From Chrysomallon squamiferum (taxonomy: Eukaryota; Animalia; Mollusca), in assembly GCA_012295275.1 (NCBI GenBank), contig CM022676.1, forward strand, positions 14,880,001-14,944,000: a DNA stretch of 64,000 nt, in the 5' to 3' direction. Positions 28,035-40,400 of the stretch are shown in pieces; the stretch's first letter is position 1; each line of letters starts with the position of its first letter. The translations under genes and the position numbers were made by a program. The notes below the pieces were generated by a model. That model made no database searches and was not told the DNA's origin. It saw only the letters and a program-made list of their open reading frames with translations.

Positions 28035-29459
28035 ATACTAAATATATTAACACTAATACCAATACTAATATTAATACTAATACCAATACTAATATTAATA
28101 CCAATGCCATACTAAGTATATTAAAAATTCACAAGACAGGAGTTTTGTTATATTTCTATTAGTTGGTTTCAGTTTGCAAGAACTGGGCGTTGGGTAAACC
28201 CGCTACACAGTCTTCCACTTACAGACAAGGCTACGCTTACTGGGCAGTGGATGGGGTTAACTCAACCTACTACAATTCCCAATATCGCTGTACGCATACT
28301 ATACCCGGCGACGTGTTGCCGTGGTGGCGTGTTGATTTACAGGAATCTGTCTTGGTGACAGCAGTGGGGATTCTGAACCGTGGAGACTGCTGTGGTAAGT
28401 AATGTACGACACGATGAGATGATGCATTAGTGAAACACGCTCACATTTTCACCTTTATTGTTCGTCTAGTCATGACGTATTTGTTTAGCAGTGATAGCAA
28501 TTAACATATTATTATGATAATTTGTCCACTATGTACAATTTCTAAAAACATTTTCACGTTTCATTTCCTCTGTAATTTGTCTGGCTATTATTATTGTTAT
28601 TATAATTTGTTTATTTATTTACTGATTTATTTTTTCTAGGTCAAAGACTTCGTCTGTTTAGTATTCTGATACAGACAACAGTAAGTGGTGTTTATCGAAG
28701 AAAGTGCTTCAGTCGCTACAAACCACTTCCTGCAGGAGTTTACACTTTGATTAGGTGTAAAAGACGTCACAAAGGCAGATACGTGAAAATTTTGAAGTAT
28801 AGACAATATCTGACTTTGTGTGAAGTGTCGGTGATGGGATACAAATCGGGTAAGTTGAATACACGGATTCCGGTTAGTGTTTCAAGAACTGATTTTCATT
28901 ATCTTCTTTTACGTCATTGATATCTGTCTGTTACCATCATTATCGTCATCATCATCATCACAACTGTCATCACTATCCTTTGCTACCATACCGTTAGTAA
29001 CGCTTGTTATTACTGTTGTTAATGTCTCTAAGTGAATGAAAACGTCATTACTGTTGTTACAAACTGATGCTGTAATGTATCATCGCAAATCGGACTTTTT
29101 TTTTTTTACTGTTTGTTTTTTGTTTCTCTCAGCTGATGGTGGATGGGGAAGTTGGGTGATTGACAGAGAAGGAAAGTGTGATGTTTCGTGTGGAGCGGGC
29201 AGGAGAGGACTCGTGTACAAACGATACTGTAATCGGCCGAAGCCGCGTTTTCGAGGAAAATCTTGTATAGGCTCCGCAGGGATCGTTAGATTTAAAGCAT
29301 GTGATACAGCCATTTTGTGTCCTAGTACGTTAAGAGTATATCATTAGATTATCATTCTCAGGATAGCCTTTCTCTCCCTTCTAATTCATTTCTGTCTTTG
29401 TTCTTCTTTTTCGTCTTCTTCCTCGCATCTTCTGCGCTTTCCGTTTGTTTGTGTCTGCG

Positions 29460-29490
<31 letters not shown>

Positions 29491-29521
29491 CTGTATATAT
29501 ATATACATATATGTATGTGTG

Positions 29522-29574
<53 letters not shown>

Positions 29575-30403
29575 CTATGTATATATATTTTTAATTTAAG
29601 TATGTGTAATATTTACTTTACAGTTCCTGGAGCTTGGGGACCATGGCAAATTGTAATAAAAGGTGCGTGTGATGTCACGTGCGAAATTGGTAGAAAGAAA
29701 ATGATGTATACAAGAAAGTGTGATAACCCTAAACCTCAGAATGGTGGAAAGACGTGTTCGGGTGAGATGGTCAAATTTGAATCTCGCGAATGCGACACAG
29801 GCATTGGATGTCCAGGTAAGTTCTAGCGAACACACGATGAACTGATTCTTCTTTCCGTACTTTCCGTTATCTCCTGTACATTCCTTGTTTACAGTTCTCC
29901 TTTCTCCTACGTATCTCCTGCCTCTTCTTTTCCGTATCTCCTGTATTTTCTCCTCTTTTCTTCTTCATCTGCTATCCTTTCTCTACCTTGTCTCCTGATG
30001 TGTTTCCTTCTTATTTCCTGATTTGTTTCCTAATTACTGCCCTGTTTCCTACCATGTTCTGTGTCTCACTCCTCATCTGCTTTACATTTTCATCCGTTTT
30101 TCCTCTTTCCTTCTTTTTCTCCTATTCTCACTCTTTCTGATGTCCTCACTTTCTTCCTACTTCTCTCCTTTTTTCCTCTTCTTTCCTCCCTTTTTCTCAT
30201 TTTCTTCTGTAAATCCTCCTCTTTTTCTGATATCTTTTCTATTCCTTATCTCTCTTCCTTGTTAATCGTTATCTCCATTAAGTTTTCTTCTGCAACATAA
30301 TTAGTAGTATCAGACATACGAACAGTAGTAGTATAGCAGTATATTACAGTAGTCACAGTAGTTATCATTATTATTGTTGTTTCGTTACTGTTGTTTTGTT
30401 ATT

Positions 30404-30472
<69 letters not shown>

Positions 30473-31541
30473 TTATTATTTTCTTATATATTTTCGTCTA
30501 GTGGATGGAGGATGGAATTCTTGGACATTATATTATAATGAATCATGCAGCTCAACGTGTATTGGTGGAACTGAGAAATATATACACACACGTGCGTGTG
30601 TCAACCCAAAACCACAACACGGTGGAAAACAGTGCTATGGCAACGATACCCGAATTGAAACTAACAGATGCAACATTAGAATCAAATGTCCTGGTACTGT
30701 CATTATAGTTAATATTATCATTACTATGATGATGATCATAATCTCGTGTTCACCGACATCGCCATTATTACCCGGACTAAGAATATATCCGTAATCAAAG
30801 CGCTGAAAAAACATAGATTTAGTTAGCCATGAAAATATGAAAGCAAATAATCAAACAGATCGAATATAATGTAAAAAAATAAACTGGTGAAAACATTTCT
30901 TTCTGTTTTTAAATACTTTCCAGTTGATGGTGGGTGGACCTCCTGGATGAAAAGTAAACAAGGTGTTTGCAGTGTATCCTGTGGTGGGTATGGGTGGATA
31001 CAGTTGTGGCAGTCTCGAGATTGCACTAACCCGTCTCCAATGTTTGGTGGAATTCTCTGTCAAGGCAGACCCAGGAGAACTGTCACAAAAGCATGTTACA
31101 AGGACTGTCCAAGTATTATCATTATCATCATCTTCACATAATTATTTTTTTATTGTACTGTTGTCTACCTTACTGGATATCTTTCTTATCATTTTAGTCG
31201 CCATTTATTTATTTGTTTGGTTGTTTGTCTGTGTGTCTCTTTGTTTGTTTGTTTGTTTTAGTTCAGGGAACGTGGTCAACATGGAAAAAGGAAGATACTG
31301 GTTTATGTGACGAGTTTTGTAAAAGAGTCGTGCGTCTGTGCAGAGACTGCCTCAGTCCTACAAACATCACTGACCTGGAAGTAGTCTGTCCTGGTGGAAA
31401 CGTCACCAACGTCACACAGACGTGTAACTGGGGTTTGTGTGGTAAGTATTGTTTATCATAATAACATCACTGCCGATTATTTTACTATACCTTTTATCAT
31501 TATTATCAGTTTATCATAATATTTATTACTGATATTATTCT

Positions 31542-31578
<37 letters not shown>

Positions 31579-31910
31579 GCTACTGTTATTATTATCTTTA
31601 TTAGAAAGTGTAGTAGTAGTAGCAGTAGTGGTAATTGTAGTAGTAGTAGTACTGTAATTAACATTATGATCGATGCCACAGCTATCATATATGATTTGTA
31701 AATTCGGACTGCTATCAGTCATCAGAAATAAAAGTATATTATGAAGTCATGATTCTACAAATAAACAAAACGAAAACAGTTAAAACTTTTCTATTTCAGC
31801 TCTGCTGCTTGGTCAGGCAGGTTTGGATCAGGAAAGTTCAGCAATTGTGTCAGTGCTGGCCATTCTCATTGTTGTCATTCCTGTAGTCTACATCGTCTTC
31901 TTTGTGAGGT

Positions 31911-31998
<88 letters not shown>

Positions 31999-32536
31999 GA
32001 AAAACATCAACGTGCTAATTAGAGGAAGTTTTTGTGTATCACGTGTACGACAGGCACGTTCTCTGTATCTCTGTATGTCTCTATATATTTCCCTCGTTCT
32101 CTTTCTCTACATCACTTTTTTATCTGACTCTCTATTACTATTGTTATTATTATTGTTATTACTATTATTATTTATTGTTATTATTATTATTATTATATTG
32201 TTATTATTATTATTATCACTATTATTATTATTATTTTGTTATTTAATTATGTGTTACTATTTTATAATACTTTTTTGTGATTTTTTTATTTATTTATTTG
32301 TTTGTTTGTTTGTTTTTGAAATAAGGAAAGTAAGGTTACCGAAAAGTAAGATGCAGTATGTTCTCCGGATGAGTCAGAATATCAAGAAACGACTGCGTAA
32401 AGTTTTCGTTAGAGAAAAGAATCCTGAACAAGACTCCGAAGATAAAATAATTAATAAGAGTGCTTCCCTGAATGAAGAAGTAGAAGATACATTCAACGAA
32501 AATGATAACCCTGCATTCTCTGAGCCAGAACCATAA
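27745..32536 (+). CDS. Copy 1: type-I membrane protein, signal peptide + F-type lectin domain + 5 TSP1 repeats + TM + tail, 582 aa. Exons 27745-27796, 28173-28394, 28640-28849, 29133-29324, 29624-29815, 30502-30693, 30924-31112, 31262-31441, 31800-31908, 32326-32536
   Basis: All introns are GT-AG with consistent phases and the spliced frame is open. Signal [17 protein letters not shown]; fucolectin motifs [50 protein letters not shown]; TSP1 motifs DGGW.SW..C.V(S/T)C..G..R.C.NP.P..GG..C.G; [24 protein letters not shown] followed by basic RKVR. Confidence 0.9.
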
Positions 32537-32846
32537 ACAGTTCATATGAGCAGAAAGGACTCAGAGAATATTTGATGGTCACTTACATCAGAAATACGTA
32601 GATGACTTACATGTATTTTGACGTGACTTGGATGGGGAATTAATGCAACAGACCGTGATTTACATATTCTTTTAATATGACACCTTTGAAAAGGTAATGC
32701 AGATGTACATGACTTTCACATAATTGTAACATGAATTCTATGAAAGTCTGATATAAAAGCACGCGTCTTAAATACGTTTTATTTCGATGAGCGGTAAATA
32801 CAAACCTACGTGACCTACACATATTTTTACGTGTTTTCTATGTGGA

Positions 32847-32892
<46 letters not shown>

Positions 32893-33475
32893 CACACACA
32901 TGCTCACACATATGTAATTATATATACTCGATACATGAAATACACGTGACTGATATCGGGCTTTTACGTTAATTACATGACATGTTAACACAAACGTAGG
33001 TGACTTAAGCTACTTATAACGTTAATTCCATGGAATGTTTGTTCAGAGTTGCATGGCATACACATATATTTCTCAACATCATTACTATGAAAGATGAATG
33101 TAAATATACCTGATTTAGATACACTTTAATATTATTTTTATCATAAGTTAATGCCGTGTGTTTAAATTACATACATTTTTAATCTTACTTATGTGAATTA
33201 AAATAAAATGTAACTTGAAATTATGTTTTTACGTTTCTTGTTGCAAAATAAAAATATATGTTATCAAAGTAAAACGAATTGATTATCATATGCATGCATG
33301 GTGTAATAATCTGTAAAGTTGATCATGTAAAATGTTCGCCATTTAAAAATTCAAGCTATGAACATTTCTTAAGTTGTAAGTACACAAATAACTTCTGGCT
33401 GTAGGTTTAGTCTGCTGAAGGATTGTGCCCGGTTGAACAAAGGTAATTTTGCTTAACCAGTGATCAAACTTCAGT

Positions 33476-34093
33476 TAGTGAAAAACTTCTAAATGCTCCA
33501 TTTTATGCATACTTATAAATCCAGTTACCGCCACCATCAGAATCATGCTTATTATTTTGTTAACTATCGATGAAAGTAAGTCCATTATGCAATCTTTCTA
33601 TCAGCTGGCTGCAATAAGTGGTAGTCTGTCCAATATATTCGCCACGGCACTTTTGTTGCAGTGTCATGCCATAAATGATGCCAGCATACAGCTTCTACTT
33701 AGATGACAATAAACCCATTACGGATTTGACCTTCAAGAAATTCTTACTTGGCGATCGATTGGAAATATTATTTAAATAACTGGTAAGTGGCCTGATTTAG
33801 TTAGACACTCCTGTTTCATTCAACTTCTCCTGTTTACTTCAACCATCTTGAGGTATATGTCCACAATAATACAGATAGAGACGTTTATGCAACTTCAAAT
33901 ATTTCTAAGGACAAAGTGAACACTGGTAGGCGAACTTGGCGTCCATCTTGAAAAATGGCTGCCATCTTGGATTTTCAAATGTCCAATCAGACAGATTTGA
34001 TAAGAAACCCCAGAAGAACAAATGTGTTAAATATGATGTTTGTATCATCTGTTGCGCCATTCGTCTCAAAATTTGCTGTTATTAGTCCTACTG
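33476..34093 (-). mobile_element. Internally deleted Academ-like DNA transposon relic (spacer 1, shortest)
   Basis: Homologous at both ends to the longer relics in spacers 2-4 and retains the terminal block gccatcttggattttcaaatg...tttgctgttattagtcctac. The left boundary (TAGTG at 33476) is tentative. Confidence 0.6.
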
Positions 34094-34168
34094 TTTATCT
34101 GTATGTATAAAATAAACTGATATATGTGAAAATTACGATTTCATTGATGTATGTCTTTAAGAATGGTA

Positions 34169-34212
<44 letters not shown>

Positions 34213-34732
34213 GTGTTCATTATCCAGGATTTTATGATTCTACAGAAAAGATGAAGTTAAATAAGTAATATAAAATTTCAACGAAAAACACATGCAGCCA
34301 AAATCATCATAACATGATTGCAATTTTTAATTTATGCAATATTTTAGATTACAATAAATCATTCCCATTTTCCTTCCTTTTAACACTAGTTTACTCTCTG
34401 AAAGAAGTAAGAAAATAATATAAAATGAATTAAATAAAATAAATAAATAAATAATAAATATTAGGAAAAAGACCGTAATAATAATAAGAACAAGATGAAG
34501 AAGGAGAACGACAAGAAAACATCAAAATATCAATAATGACGATCAATCCAGTCAAACAGGTAAAGTGAATTTTTTAATGTTTGTTCAGAGATAAGTTTAT
34601 GCTACCTTCATTTCGCGAACAAAGTTAAGGTGTTAGAAACCAATAATTTCAAGAGATTATGACTTGAAATTTTAAAACTTATTTATACCTTTCTCTTCTT
34701 TTTCTTTCTTTTTTATTATTTTTATATATTTT

Positions 34733-34781
<49 letters not shown>

Positions 34782-34863
34782 GGAATGCTAATAACAATGA
34801 TAATAATAATACTAATAATAATAAGAAGAACAATAACAACAACAATAACAATAATGAGAACAA

Positions 34864-34894
<31 letters not shown>

Positions 34895-35019
34895 TCTTGC
34901 TATTATTATTATTATATTATTATTATATTTCCTAATTTCGTGTCTCAATTAAATAAACAAGCAGATAAACATCGTTTCCTCTAATATGGATAATTCATAC
35001 GGAAAGTGAGAATGATTTA

Positions 35020-35437
35020 TGACGTAATAATTTTCTCTTGACGTCACTCGGATACTTTTTAAAGTAGCCTTCAAATGTCTTTTGAACTGGTAAGTGTTTT
35101 ATTATTTTTTTTATTTTATTATTTAAAGCTGGAAATAAAAAATGAAAATACACAAATAAACAAACAAACAAATAAATAAATAAATACGAACTTAGGCTGA
35201 GACGCTAGTGAACAATAGTGTGTCAGGAAAGCTGCGATCTAATATCGTTATCTTAAAAATTTCTATGCATTTATTATTTTTACTTATAATAAGAATCAAT
35301 GTGTAAATACATTAAGGGCTGTCTTTATCAAACAAGCCTAACTTATAATAAAGCAGAAAACCAAGTTACTGAAAACTGTTTACTTTTTATAACTGTTAAT
35401 TTACAGGTCGCGGTGATTTTGTAGAAACATATACACA
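35020..35437 (+). promoter_or_regulatory. Putative promoter and two 5'-UTR exons of copy 2 (donor after 35089; 31-nt exon 35407-35437)
   Basis: TGACGTAA (35020-35027) and TGACGTCA (35039-35046) precede ctg|GTAAG. The mini-exon ttacAG|...|GTAAG is conserved in copies 3 and 4. Confidence 0.55.
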
Positions 35438-36156
35438 GTAAGTATATTTTATACAACAATTAATTTATACAACAATATATAGTACAACAATTAATTTAAT
35501 TAACTGTTTTATTTCTCATTTCACCACTCTCAACATTAGTAAACTAATGTTTATTCATTTCGTTGTCGCCTAGGTATCAAAACAAAATAATTCTTATAAT
35601 AACAGCAAATTATTACCTAGAGTTCAAAAGGGAAACCGTTTTAAAAACAGTACTGTAAGATCTAACCGAGCAAAATACTAAAACATTTAACGATAAACAA
35701 CATGTCTTAAAGCAAACATGATATTGAAAAACGTTGTTTTCGAAAATGAATAACAAATTTGTCCGCCATTTTACTGTAAAACGAAACATGATAAATTCTG
35801 TATACAGACATTATCAACAATGTTGCAACACCCCTGATATGGAACTTACCCATCTGAACTATTATTATTATTATTATTATTATTATTTTCATCATCGTTG
35901 TCCTTCGTCGTCATCATCATTGTTGTTGTCGCTGTTGTTGTTGTTGTTATAAATTGATAATACCAATAGAAATATCTATGTATTTCTTATTTTACTTTTA
36001 GTATTAAGTTACTATTGTTATATTTTATTAAGCTATTATTGTATACATAGACAAACGTACATATTATATACAGTCATGTAAGAACACAGATATACTATTG
36101 CATTTTATGTTGTACATATTCATGTTTTTGATCTTTCCAGGACCTGTTTTACAACA

Positions 36157-36439
36157 ATGTCATTTATAATATACTTTACTATAACGTTCAGCATTGTAAC
36201 GCGTTGCGGTAAGTACATATTATATATCAGTATAAGTATATAGAGACTGATCTGTGATAAATGAACGCAGCAGTGTATTTAGAAATGATCATGTTCATGA
36301 GTTTCTATCTTGAACGTGAAATTTTCAGACTTCGCTGACGAGATTCGAAACTACAACATGTGATGACCCGATTCCTCAACACAAGTTATAATATCGTTCA
36401 ATCAAAATGTTTATCTTTTTTCTTTTGCAGAGGTGTGTC

Positions 36440-36509
<70 letters not shown>

Positions 36510-37372
36510 TAATACCAATGCCATATTAAATATATCAATTCACAAGACAGGAGTTTTGTTATATTTCTATTCGTTGGTTTCAGTTTGCAAGAACTGGGCG
36601 TTGGGTAAACCTGCTACACAGTCTTCCACTTACAAAGAAGGCTACGCGTACTGGGCAGTGGATGGCGTTAACTCAACCGATTACAATTCTGAATATCGCT
36701 GCACGCAGACTATAGACCACGACTGGTGGCCGTGGTGGCGTGTTGATTTACAGGAATCTGTCTTGGTGACAGCAGTGGGGATTCTGAACCGTGGAGACTG
36801 CTGTGGTAAGTAATGCACGACACGATGAGATGATGCATTAGTGAAACACGCTCACATTTTTGACTTTATCATTGGTCCACACATGACGTATTTGTTTAGC
36901 AGTGACAGCAATTAACATACTATTATGATAATTTATCCAGTACTTACAATTTCTAGAAACATTTTCATGTTTCCTTTCCTTTGTAAGTTTTCTTGCTATT
37001 ATTATTGTTATTATAATTTTCATCATTTATATATATATATATATTTGTTGATTTATTTACTGATTTATTTTTTCTAGGTGAAAGACTTCGTCGTTTTAGT
37101 ATTCTGATAGAGACAAAAGTAAATGATATTTTCCGAAGAAAGTGCCTGAGTCGCCACAAACCACTTCCTGAAGGAGTTTATACTTTGCTGACGTGCAAGA
37201 CAGGTTACAAAGGTAGATACGTGAAAATTTTGAAGCACATAGAATATCTGAGTTTGTGTGAAGTGTCGGTGATGGGATACAAATCGGGTAAGTTGAATAC
37301 ACGAATTCTGGTTAGTGTTTCAAAAACTGATTTTCATTATCTTCTTTTCTGTCATTGTTATCTGTCTGTTAC

Positions 37373-37405
<33 letters not shown>

Positions 37406-40400
37406 TATACCTGTCCTCATTATTTTCTGCTACTATACTGTTAGTAGCATTTATTATCATAGCTGAGGAAAGTTTTGCCAACTTTGTCCAGTGGTGTAAG
37501 ATTGCCAATCTCTTACCACAAGACATCATATTGAAGCTGCTGGTCATTCATGAGAAAGTTGATACTTCACGAGGCTCAATCTGTAAACTTGGACCGTGTA
37601 CAATTGGTAAATCGTATTGGTTCACTGAACCATTTAATTTATTGTCTGCTTCAGCTGATGGAAAATGCGGAAAGGATGACAGTTTTGCCTTTGAAACGTG
37701 TGCAGATAAAAGGATTATCTTAGTGGATGAATATAATATCTCTCGGAACACTGTTGAAAGGTATAAGAGTCTGTTGAGAGGAAATGATGTTGATCTTGAT
37801 GTTAAAAGGAAATGATGTTGTCATCAAGAAAACTCCTCTGATTACGTGTTCCATCGAGAGCCATCTTTGATCTTAATCAAGATGATGTTGAAGCTATTGA
37901 GAATATATTCGAGATTAAAGGTGAAGTTGATCACATGAACGCTTTTCTTGCAGATGCTAAACAGCCAAATCCAAAGACGTGGTGTGTTCTTAAGAAAGAT
38001 ATATGATGAGCATTAGACTGATCTAACAGATCTTCAATTGGTTAACTACAAGATGACAATACCATTGTATTCGCATCCACAAACACCTCCTCAGAATCGC
38101 TAATCGGTTAACTTCCAGGTGGCTGTTATCCCTCTCTTTCTCCTTCGTCCGAATGAGATAATTTAGTCCTTTGTCTAGCTGATCTTCCTCTAGCAACTAT
38201 GTTATGCTGCACGGGGTTAGTAGGACCAGTAATCTGATTAGATCTAGGATTAAATGAACAGAGGAGATAGATTCCCCAGCGAGTTCGTTCTCTACAAACA
38301 TAATAGTCATATCACAAGGATTAGAAGGAACAGAAGCAAATGCAAACTTTTTATCTATAACTTTTTTAGTATAATATTTACGAAACATTTTTTCGTGTGA
38401 ATCATTTATTTCAGTTTTATTATAAAAATGATTATGTAAATAATGATTAGTTGGATAATTCATTTCCAAATGTTTTTTAACTCAATTTACTATTTGATTT
38501 TGAAATTGTTCTATTCCTTCATCAGTTAATGCTGGTCGAATATTTTGTAATTCTTCATCTATTTCATGTTTTGTATAATAATTTTTTTACAATATAATCT
38601 ATTGATGGTGGTACATTATCTATTTTGTAATCATTTATTCTAAACGGTTACCTTCTGTAAAACGTTCATGTATTTTATCAAGTAAATTTATTATATATTC
38701 TTTAATTTTTGGTATATTATATTTAATATGGAGGAAAAAGTCATTAACATTTAAAATGTAAACTGTAAAGTATCATCACGAATCTGATATTTTTTCTCTT
38801 TTTTCTTTCTCTCAGTTGATGGTGGATGGGGAACTTGGACGGTTTATAGAGAAGGAAAGTGTGATGTTTCGTGTGGAGCGGGGAAGAGAGTATTCGTGTA
38901 CAAACGATACTGTAATCGGCCGAAGCCGCTTTATGGAGGAAAAACATGTCCAGGCACCGAAGGGATGATGAAAATTAAAACATGTGATGCAGCCATTTTG
39001 TGTCCTAGTACGTTAAGAGTATATCATTAGATTATCATTCTCAGGATAGCCTTTCTCTCCTTTCTAGTTCATTTCTGTCTTTGTTCTTTTTTTCGTCTTC
39101 TTCTTCGCATCTACTGCGCTTTCCGTTTTGTGTGTATACGGTTTCTGCATCCATGTTTGTATGTTTATATAAATGTATGTGTAAATATATATATATATAT
39201 AATTTAAGTATGTGTAGTATTTCTGTAACAGGAACAATTTACTTTACAGTTGATGGAGCTTGGGGATCTTGGAAAACTGCACTAAACGGTTCATGTGATG
39301 TCACGTGCAAAACTGGTACGAAGAAAATGATGTATACAAGAAAGTGTGATAACCCTAAACCTGAGAATGGTGGAAGGACGTGTTCGGGTGACATTGTCAA
39401 ATTTGAAACTCGGGAATGCGACACCGGCGTTGGATGTCCAGGTAAGTTCTAACGAACACGTGATTACCTGATAATCCTTTTGCTTTCACATTTTCTTCTC
39501 ATCCTTACTTTCTGTGTTTTTTTTATTTTCTTATGTACTGTAATTTTTCCTACTATTGTCCTATCCTTTCATTCACTTATTCCCTGTTGTTGTTTTTTCT
39601 ACTCTTTACTTCTGCACCTTTCTTCCTGTGTTTCTAACTCCTATCTCCTATCATTCTCCAGGTTGTCTCACGTATCATTTAATCCTCTTTCCTGTATGTT
39701 CTTCTGTTTATCTATTTCTCTTTTCCTCTATATCTCTAACATATTTTCCAAGTCATATCCCGTCCTTTCACTGTCTGGTTTCCTCGTTATTTCTGTTTTT
39801 CATTTTTTTTTTTTTTTTTCCATGTTTATGTAATGCATTAATCCTGCTTATTTTATATTTTTCCTTCCTTATCTCCAGGTTTTTCTTTGTTCCCATTATC
39901 CTTTGCCTATTTCATTCTTTCTTTCAACCATTTCCACCTATTTATCTCCTGTCTCCTCCTGATCCGCAGTCGCTTCTCTTCATTATCTCTTCTCTTTTTC
40001 TTTCTTTCTCTTTTTTTTTTTTTTTCACGTTATCTCCTCTGTTTCGTCCTCCTCATCTCCTCTAGCTCACGAGTTTTTTCCTCTTTATTTCCCTTTCTTC
40101 TGTCCTTTTAATTCTTATATTTTTTCCTCTCCTCTCCGTACCTTCTGTCATTTTTCTAACTTATCTTCTTGAATGTGTGTGAGTGTGTCGTTGTGTGTGT
40201 GTGTGTGTGTCGTTGCGTGTGTGTGACGTTGTGTGTGTCTTTTTTCTCTTTCCTGTACATTCCCTGTTTACAGCTCTCCTCTCTCCTACGTATCTCCTGA
40301 CTCTTCCGTTCTTTATCTCTGTATCTCCTGTGATTTCTCCTCTTTTCCTCTTCTGTTTTTTCTCTTCGTCTGCTATGCTTTCTCTACTTTATCTTCTGCA

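Noticed and set aside
28379-28387. RGD tripeptide as an integrin-binding site
   Set aside because: It is the RxD of the F-type lectin sugar-binding motif (RGDCC, as in eel agglutinin), so no separate explanation is needed.
37315-37815. 166-aa ORF as a host-virus fusion protein with a signal peptide
   Set aside because: The N-terminal part is intronic (ATC)n-derived sequence with a non-ATG start, and the helicase is frameshifted before motif C.
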